Below, in pieces: positions 55,222 to 64,000 of a stretch of DNA of 64,000 nucleotides (position 1 is its first letter; every line of letters begins with the position of its first letter). The translations under genes and the position numbers were made by a program. Location of the stretch: positions 104,718,001-104,782,000 of the forward strand of contig NC_042997.1 of assembly GCF_006345805.1 (NCBI RefSeq), read 5' to 3'. This stretch comes from Octopus sinensis. Taxonomy: Eukaryota. The notes beneath the pieces are model-generated. The model was not told where the DNA came from. It searched no databases and saw only the letters and a program-made list of their open reading frames with translations.

Positions 55222-56379
55222 ACATTTATATAAATACAAATATACTTCATCGTATTTTTGTATTATTGCTTACATTCCTCATTCTGTAAACACAAAAAAA
55301 TATACGTGGCACAATTTTATAGTTAATGTAACGGGAATACAGGAGATTAGTTTAATTACATATTAACATTTGCTAATTATTCCTAAGTTAAGGACGTCAA
55401 CAACAGCGATATTGGTTTTATGTTGGTATAGTTTCTTTTGGCACAGCATGCCATCTACTGGTTTAAGCGAACGATATGTGTAAGTTTGATATTTCTAGAG
55501 GACAGTAAGGGCATTTCACTTCTGCACATATAAGGTGGAAAAGGAATGAAATCGTGATGAACAATAAATACTTTTGACATATATTCTGATATAAATAAGT
55601 ACAGATATACTCAGAAATCATCTAATTATTTACTACAAATCAACTTCTACATGTTCATCTATCTACTATTTGTGTCTGTGCGTGTGCGAACGCACCTGCA
55701 TGTGTATGTATGCAGGTATATGTGTGTGTTAGTGTATACATACCCCAAAAGTTAATATAAATATTTGGTTGATTGGCTGGTTGGTTGGTTGATTTCTTCA
55801 GTCACTCTTTATATCGTACAGAAAGAGGGAGATTAAATACAGGATTGAGACTTAGCATAAAAGGAGCTCGATGAGTGCACATGCTAGGCTTGTTTGTAGG
55901 CAATGTGTATATGAATCATATTGACACAGTGAGAGTGGACGAATCATAGGGGCAAGGAAAAAATGTGGTAATATGAGGAGCAGGAATGAGGGGGAAGGAG
56001 AAGGACGGGTAGGAGGAAATGAGATACTCTGAAATACTGGGTGTTAAATAGTAATTAATATTTTCTTTCTTTAGATGTTTTTCAACTAATCTGTTCATTA
56101 GCACAGTTAATTTTTGTGGCAGTGTTTTTTTTTTTTGGGGGGGGGGTTTGCATTCATCGTTCGGTTATTCGCCAACTCACGTATTTATTGTGAATTGCTC
56201 GAAATGAAAATATCACTACAACTGCTTTAATAATATTAACAAAATTCTGCAGTCATAGGAAATAGAAAATTATTGTATCCAATTTTGATGAATATTATAT
56301 CCAATTATTATAAATCAACTTTTATCAAATTATCATTAGAGGTCGACATTATGTCTGCTCAATGTTCTCTGTACCTTGT

Positions 56380-57100
56380 AAAGCCTGGGACGTGGACATC
56401 ATGAAAACTGAGTACCCCCAAAATAAATGGTATCTGGGTGTGTCTCCAATGCCGCACAACATTTCTGAACAGGGTCTTAGGCTCAATTCAGATGGTTATA
56501 TGAAGCTGCTAGAAATTGTTGTCAAGCCTTAGTTGGAGAGGTTTGTTTCCAGAAGGTCATACGTGTAATAGCAGGATTCGGTTCCTTGCCATAGCTTCAG
56601 AAAGTGTCAGAAGTGATTGTCGAAGAAGTTTTACTTTACCAGCCCCAATTATTAATATCATGATTCCCAAATTCTAATCCTATGGAATACTATGTGTTGG
56701 GTGTGATTGAGAAAGGCATCAACTGCTCTGCCAGCAACACCAAGGCCGAGCTGGCGGCCAAGACTAAGGAAGAGTTCGAAGAAGGCGGCGATCTGGCAGA
56801 AACGTTAGCAGGCCGGGCGAAATGCTTAGCAGTATTTCGTCTGTCTTTACGTTCTGAGTTCAAATTCCGCCGAGGTCGACTTTTCCTTTCACCATTTCGG
56901 GGTCGATAAATTAAGTACCAGTTGCGTACTGGGGGCGATCTAATCTGTTCGCCCCTTCCCCCCAAAATGTCCGGCTTTGTGCCTACAGTAGAAAAGTAAG
57001 GAAGAGTTCGAAGGTCTTCTCGGAAAAACAGCGAGAAAAGCATGCACCTGATTCTGGAGCCCTCTTGAGGCTGTGGTAGAAGCTGAGGGCGGTACTTTCC
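56380..57100 (+). mobile_element. Tc1/mariner (maT/DD37D-like) transposase relic, split by a SINE
   Basis: EQGLRLNSDGYMKLLEIVVKP, QDSVPCH, NSNPMEYYVLGVIEK...NTKAELAAKTKEEFE|G...LEAVVEAEGGTF. The frame resumes after the SINE at 56782-56996. Confidence 0.75.
56782..56996 (+). mobile_element. SINE family B copy with perfect 17-bp TSD
   Basis: TAAGGAAGAGTTCGAAG at 56765-56781 and 56997-57013. Head AAGGCGGCGATCTGGCAGAAACGTTAGC. Confidence 0.88.
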
Positions 57101-57438
57101 GTAAACTGCTATCACCTAGCCATGATTTATTTGATACCATTTGATTTTTAAAATTACTTTTATTTTTCCAAGGGGTAGTTTGTTTTTGTTTTTCTTTTTA
57201 TGCAAACGGTCAAACTTAGGCGAAACACCCTAAGCGTATGTATGTAGTATGTATGTATGTATGTATGTATGTATGTATGTATGTATGTATGTATGTATGT
57301 ATGTGTGACTCTGTGCGGATGTCTATATATTTATGCAAATATATATGTGTGTGTGTGTGTGTATGTATGTATATATATCTATGTAAGCATATCTGTGTGT
57401 GTGTCTGTGTGTGGATGTATATATATTTATGTATATAT

Positions 57439-57842
57439 AAGCGCAGGAGTGGCTATGTGGTAAGTAGCTTGCTTACCAACCACATGGTCATGGGTTCAGT
57501 CCCACTGAGTGGCATCTTGGGCAAGTATCTTCTACTAAAGCCTCGGGCCGACCAAAGCCTTGTGAGTGGATTTGGTAGACGGAAACTGGAAGAAGCCCGT
57601 CGTATATGTATATATGTGTGTGTATGTGTGTGTGTGTATCATTGTGTGTCAGTGCTTATCCCTCCCCCATCGATTGACAACCGATGCTGATGTGTTTATG
57701 TCCCCGTAACTTAGCGGTTCGGCAAATGAGATCGATAGAATAAGTATTAGGCTTACAAACAATAAGTCCTGGGGTCGATTTGCTCGACTAGAGGCGGTGC
57801 TCCAGCATGGCCGCAGTCAAATGACTGAAACAAGTAAAAGAA
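57439..57842 (+). mobile_element. tRNA-derived SINE, family A (full length, internal microsatellite)
   Basis: Head GCGCAGGAGTGGCTATGTGGTAAG...GGTTCAGTCCCACT with A/B-box-like motifs, central (TG/TA)n, and tail CTCCAGCATGGCCGCAGTCAAATGACTGAAACAAG. Homologous copies occur elsewhere in the window. Confidence 0.8.
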
Positions 57843-58794
57843 TATATGTATATATGTATATATATGTATGTATATATGTGTTTGTTTGTGTGTGTGTGCG
57901 TGTATGCGTATGTGTGTCCAGAATACGTGGATACATGCGATACCATTAAGTGTACATATGTAGTATCTGTGTTTAAGTGCGTGTGCGGTGCGTGCGAGTG
58001 CATATCCTGTTAGAATTTAAATGGACAGCTGACTGGCTAGGTGGACTAAACAACTCACTGCATGAGAGAAAAGCATACTGACACACGGACACAAACTTAC
58101 ATTCGTTAATGAGAAAGGCCATAACAAGAAGAGCTAGGACGTGAGTGTGAGAGAGTGCGAGTATGAGAAGAGACGGCGTGATTGAATGAGTGAGACAGAC
58201 ATAGAGAGTTGCGCAAAAAGTCTTACTGAAGGGGAGTGCATGTATATGTGTGTCTTTGCGTGCGCGCGTGTTTGTGTGTGTGTTTGTGCGTTTGTGTGTG
58301 TGTGTGTGTATGTCTGTGTGTGTGTGTGCATGTGTGTATGCGTGTGTGAGTGTGTTTGTGTGTGTATGTGTGTGTGTGCATGTTTGTGTCCCTGTGTGTA
58401 TATGCATCTGTAATGTATGAACGTGCATGTTTGTGCGCCGCTGTGTGTATGCGTGTGTGTGTCTATATATGTGTGTGTGCCTGTATGTGTGTGTGTGCCT
58501 TTATGTATGTGTATAAGAGCGCGCATGTTTGCACCTCTGTGCGTGTATATGTGTGTGTGTTTGTGTGCGCCTGTCTTTCTCTATGTCTCAACGTATGTGA
58601 TTGAGCGGTAATGCATCGCTTTATAAACAAATAAATGAATTGTTATTTGTTATGACAAAACGGTAGAAAATCTCTTGGAATCCTGGTTCCTGTTCAGGTA
58701 CCATCATATAGAATACACAGATATTGGTGCTGAATGCTTCATTTTGGATACTCTAAAGTGGGATGCCTTTTTTTTTTCTTTTTTTTTTTTTTTT

Positions 58795-59175
58795 CATATT
58801 TCGGTCATTTGACTGTAGCCATTCTTGGGTACCGCTTGACGAGTTTAGCCGAACAAATCGACTCCTTTACTCAGCTTTTTGAACTCTGGTGGTCCTAATT
58901 CTGCTGCTGTCTTATATCGAACCACTGCGTTACTGGAACCTAAACAAGACAACAAAGTTGTGAAGCGGCGTTGGGACGGAACAAACACAAAGACACGCGT
59001 ACGCACACAGACGCTCGCGTACACGCACACACTCACGTACATAAGCGGAAATACTCCTCCTTACAAACCTTCTTACAAATTGACCCGCAAGACATTGCTC
59101 GGCTCGGATCTATGGTAGAAGACACCTACACAAAGTGCCGCGCAGTGAGGCTGACCCTGTGCTTTCCCCCAAGCT
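58795..59175 (-). mobile_element. Degenerate SINE family A copy
   Basis: CATTTGACTGTAGCCATTCTTGG...CGAACAAATCGAC...GACATTGCTCGGCTCGGATCTATGGTAGAAGACAC resembles family A. Confidence 0.5.
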
Positions 59176-60406
59176 GTTGACCCATTTGATGTATGAGGGA
59201 GCTAGACACTGTTGCCCGTATCTGTACTTCATGCTGGTCATTTGGTACATCTGGTATCGTGGACACATTTATGTCCTGTTTTCTTTCGAAGACACCAACA
59301 CCCATATTGTGCAGATTACTTAATTATTTGAAAAGTTTTTCCTATACATATAGTACATAAATACGGACAGAATGCAACACTCATACACGTGTGTGTGTGT
59401 GTGTGTAGACCTTTGTTTATTATTATGGAGGAATGCAAGTTCGAGTCTCATGGCTAGCCGGTAAGATATTTTCTGCAATATATGGATAATTTATCCTGAT
59501 CACATTATTTATTAGCATTATCACACGTTGGAGAATAAAAAAAAATATTTCTACACACACACACATGCGCATATATATATATATATATACATACACACAC
59601 ACACACGCACATATATATATATATATATATATACATACACACACACACACGTACACATATATATGCGTAGGGAATGAGTCGGTAGACAGCGAAAAAGGGA
59701 AAGGGAGAAAAAGAGAGTAAAAGAAAGAGAGCGACTCTCAGAAAGGGAGAGAGAGAGAGAAAGGGAGAGAGAGAGAAAGAGAGAGAGAGAGACAAAGACA
59801 GAGACACAGGCATAGACAGGCAGACAGAGGAAAAAATCAGATTTGATAATTGTCTTGTTAGTTGTTAAGACATGATCTAAGCCTGAATGGGAAATTTTAC
59901 GAGAGAATCGGTTCTTTGAAAGATAATGGTTAAGAAGGGAAAAGGTGACCAGGAAGAGCGATTCGTTCTCGGAAACATTTTCACTCAATGCATACCCCCC
60001 CTTTTTTTTTGTTGTTGACTGCTCCCATGACTACAAATACCGGTGGTATGTTCATTAGAGCCTTTATGTAGGTGAAGTATAGATATACAATGCAAGCACT
60101 TAAAATGCCGAAGAAACATATGCAGGTTTATGCGCTCGTATAAAACTGTATGAAGGCATAGACGCTTTCCTATACAGCCATCATTCTCACAAAATTCCCA
60201 AGTGCAAGTGTTCTTGCATGTTCAGAAATACACATACATATTAACATATGTATTCATACATGCACAAAGACACACACACACACACAAACGCACGCATACA
60301 CACATACACAAACATACACACATATATATATCTACTTACACATGTATATACAGTATATATATATATATATAGATAAGAAAGTTTGTTTGGTAAAGCACGT
60401 GGGTGA

Positions 60407-62316
60407 ATATATAAGAAAATAGTAAAGTGTGAAAAAACGACAGAAGGCTTAAATGTTAAAAAATATATATATTTGTCTACTTATGGACATCCTCTTGAAA
60501 CCCTTCCTTAAACATATCGATAGCCATATCAGAGATGACTTAGATATGTTAAACCACCTTCCAAAAAAAACCAAGGAAGAAACAATCCTGGTTTCATTTG
60601 ATGTAGTCAACTTGTATACCAGTATACCTCATAATTATGGACTGGAGGCAATACAATTCTGGTTAGACCAATTTCCGGAAGAAATACCAAAAAGGATCAG
60701 TAAGGAATTCATTACTAAATCAATTGAATTCATCCTACACCAATAGCCACTTCATGTTTGACAATACATTTTACCGTCAAAAATCCGGAATTGCTATGGG
60801 TACAAGGGCAGCACCAGTCATTGCGAACTTAACAATGGGATACATGGAAATAATCATTTACCAGGAATCTCTATCAATCTTTGGAAACTCCCTCTCTCAA
60901 TACATAAAAGAGAATTGGAAACGATTCCTAGACGATTGTTTCATTCTCTGGAATGAAAACATAGATAAACTCCTAAAATTTAAAAACCTATTGAACAGCA
61001 TAAACCCAAATATACAGTTCACAATGGAATACAACCAAAAGGAGCTCCCGTTTCTTGGATATACTAATTAAAAAATTAACCTTAAAATAGAAACAGACAT
61101 TTTTTACAAAGCCACAGACGCCAAACAATACCTTCTTTTTAATTCATGCTACCCAAGACACACTAAAACAAACATCCCCTTCAACCTTGCAAGAAGGATA
61201 TGCACAATAGTGTCAGAACAAATACCAGGAACTTTAGACTGCAAGAACTCAAAACACCCTAATTGACAGACATTACCCAGCTCAACTCATAGAGGATGGG
61301 ATCAGACGTGCAACAGAAATCAACATAGAAACTTTAAGAAAAGTTCAACACAACAACACACCTTCCCCGAAAATACTACCTTACATATCTACATACAACC
61401 CCAGAAACAAGAAGCCTTCACCATCATCACCCAGAATTACCAATACTTCATAAAACCCAAAATTAAAGGAAATTCTAAACATACACCAAATCATTAAAAG
61501 CTACAAACAGCCTAAATCACTTAAAAAGATTCTCACAAAGGCAAAATTGTCTTCTAAAATTACGGATGCAAAAGTAAAAAAATGTGGTAGATCGAACTGT
61601 GCAACATGTCCTAACCTATTGGAAGGATCAGAATTCTTCTTTAAAGAGGGACAGAAATTTAAGATCATATCTAACTTTACTTGTGCCTCTGAAAACATTA
61701 TTTATGTTATTAATGCTCGGGCTGCCACCAAACTACGTGGGTTCCACGGGACTATCACTCAGGCGCAGATGCACACTGCATCGACAACAGATTGCATTCC
61801 CAGAATATAGAATGATACCTTTTAGTGAGCACATTGAGAAATGCGCAAAGCAACTACTGCCACAATTTTTAATCTTCCCATTTTACCAATGTGCTTTCGG
61901 ATCATCAACACAAATGAGACTGAACAAGGAACATTCTTCATTGAAAAGTACAAACCCAGACTCAACCATCCGAACATACTGACACAGAGAAATTAACAAG
62001 GAAAAGGGAAAAAAAAATTTTTAAGCGATTATCTCCCCTACACCGGAAAAAATCACTCACTACCTCCCCTTATTTAGAAATCTCCTGGAAATAAAAAAAA
62101 CGATAATTCCATGCAATATAAACATAACGTCACAAGAAATTTGAAAAGCTACACGCGAAACCGGTAATTTCTTCAAAAATTTTAAAATTATGTCATTTTA
62201 AGGAAAGGGAAAAAAAATTTTTCCAATATTCTCCAGATATTTTGACACAAATATATATATTTTTTAACATTTAAGCCTTCTGTCGTTTTTTCACACTTTA
62301 CTATTTTCTTATATAT
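60407..62316 (+). mobile_element. Penelope-like element (RT + GIY-YIG endonuclease), 5'-truncated and frameshifted, probably Neptune-type
   Basis: RT motifs LVSFDVVNLYTSIP, YRQKSGIAMGTRAAPVIANLTM and WKRFLDDCFILW (60453-61071). Cys-rich linker KCGRSNCATCP and FTCASENIIYVI...YVGST...H (GIY-YIG-like, 61547-61990). Flanked by a 70-bp inverted repeat. Confidence 0.92.
62134..62173 (+). ncRNA. Minimal type I hammerhead ribozyme motif (U3:A8 core variant) in the Penelope 3' region
   Basis: AAGAAAT / TTGAAAA / GC-TACAC-GC / GAAA-CCGG-T / A / ATTTCTT gives a 7-bp stem I, core, 2-bp stem II, palindromic stem III and a GUA cleavage triplet. Confidence 0.72.
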
Positions 62317-62519
62317 ATATATATATATATATATACATGTTAATAAGTGTATATGCTTGTAAATATGCATCTCTGACTGTATAAACATAAACATATACAT
62401 ATAAAACCCTATATATATTTCATGCATATACTGGTGCACCAGCATGGCCGCGGCCTTCGGGCTAAAACATTTTTAAGGATATAAGGATATGTATTTATAC
62501 AAATATATGTATATATATG

Positions 62520-62566
<47 letters not shown>

Positions 62567-62568
<2 letters not shown>

Positions 62569-62870
62569 AGGCGCAATGGCCCAGTGGTTAGGGCAGCGGA
62601 CTCGCGGTCGTAGGATCGTGGTTTCGATTCCCAGACCGGGCGTTGTGAGTGTTTATTGAGCGAAAACACCTAAAAAGCTCCACGAAGCTCCGCCAGGGGG
62701 TGGTGATCCCTGTCGTACTCTTTCACCACTCTTTCTCCCACTCTTTCTTCTGTTGGCCTGCTCGCTTAGCCAGCGGGGTGGCCTCATTCGAAGGCTAAAA
62801 CAATGCGAACTCATTGTGACCAGCGATGTGTAACAACATCTGATGATCTGGTCGGTCACGTGATCACGTG
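62567..62870 (+). mobile_element. tRNA-derived SINE, family D, tail type 1 (ends GTCACGTGATCACGTG)
   Basis: Head GGAGGCGCAATGGCCCAGTGGTTAGGGCAGCGGAC...GGTTTCGATTCCC. The same tail occurs reversed at 18137-18330. Confidence 0.75.
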
Positions 62871-62876
62871 GTATAT

Positions 62877-62914
<38 letters not shown>

Positions 62915-62916
<2 letters not shown>

Positions 62917-63070
62917 TTCGGAATGGTCGTTTTGCCAGTTTAGCCAAAAAAACACACGCACTATATATTTGGTGTTTTCATTTTTTACATTAATCTTAAT
63001 CTTAATCTTATTTCGGCCAGAGTTCTTTTAAAATATATTGGCTAAACTGGCAAAATGACCATTCCTAAAT
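62915..63070. mobile_element. 156-bp MITE with 33-bp terminal inverted repeats
   Basis: ATTTCGGAATGGTCGTTTTGCCAGTTTAGCCAA (62915-62947) matches the reverse complement of 63038-63070 at 31/33. Internal (TTAATC)3. Confidence 0.75.
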
Positions 63071-63813
63071 ATAACAATACCTGTTTCAACACGACTTCAC
63101 TTAAAAAATCTTGCACAGCAAATATATAAACGTATATATATATATACATATATTATATATATATATATTTATACATACATATATATATATTTATATATAT
63201 ATACATATATATAATATACGTACTTATGTATTTGCATATATATATATACGTACGTATGTGTGTATATATATGTATGTGCCTGTGTATATATACATATGTA
63301 TGCGATTTCCCGGTCTGCCAGTAGCAACCGTGCTTCGGAGTGGAACATTATATGTGCAATTCCATGGTCATTCGTGAGCGAAGTGTGTCTTTACACTTTT
63401 GCATATAGAATGAGACAGATGGAGTGACATCAATAGATAGGGTGAGAGCGAGAGAGAGAGGGGGAAGAGAAGGAGAGAGAGAAGGAGAGAGAGAGAAAGA
63501 CATAGGAGCGATTAATAAATGTGCGAGAACAACTCAAAGATAGAAGATATGTTGGCAGATAAAAGAGTAATACTTTCATTAAATATAATTCAGAATGGAA
63601 ACGCATCTATATTCAAGATATATAGATTAAAATTTATTGCTGATTTGAATTAGACATGAATGGACTAATTTTTAATTATTGAATTCCAACCGGCATTTCC
63701 ATTCCCATTTCATTTACGGCTTTGGTGTTGTAAACTCTAAACTTCCCTATCAATATAATATATGTGCGCGCCTGTGTGTGTGTGTGTGTTATATATATAT
63801 AATATATATATAT

Positions 63814-63851
<38 letters not shown>

Positions 63852-64000
63852 ATATATATATATATATATTATAGATATAATATATATATATATATAAATA
63901 TATATATATAATATATATATATATACATATAATATAATATAATATATATTAATATAATATATATAATGTAATATAATATATGCATATATATATATATATA

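Overview
AT-rich, microsatellite-saturated animal genomic DNA, most likely an octopus or other coleoid cephalopod (inferred from the SINE families and simple-repeat density, not proven). One 100-N assembly gap lies at 54969-55068. The only host gene supported is an Iroquois (Irx) TALE homeobox gene on the minus strand. Three in-frame coding exons can be spliced (48369-48478, 45181-45557, 43049-44019; 485 aa plus stop), and its 5' exons were not found in the window. Everything else recognisable is mobile DNA or simple repeat: a 5'-truncated L1/Tx1-group LINE sitting inside a (GATA)n array (about 5061-9196, minus), RTE-clade pieces, a Penelope-like element (60407-62316), several Tc1/mariner relics and MITEs, and many tRNA-derived SINEs. 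The most interesting signals are (1) a minimal type I hammerhead ribozyme with a compensatory U3:A8 core in the Penelope 3' end, (2) a SINE whose 3' terminus and terminal stem-loop match the 3' end of the Tx1-like LINE, suggesting a LINE/SINE partnership, (3) apparent (GATA)n targeting by that LINE, (4) a 44-bp-stem hairpin with A-C mismatches in the last Irx intron, (5) a TSD-bounded, internally deleted RTE unit, and (6) an 89-nt near-perfect palindrome. Nearly all of the many short ORFs in the track are translations of microsatellites. All alignments and folds were done by eye.
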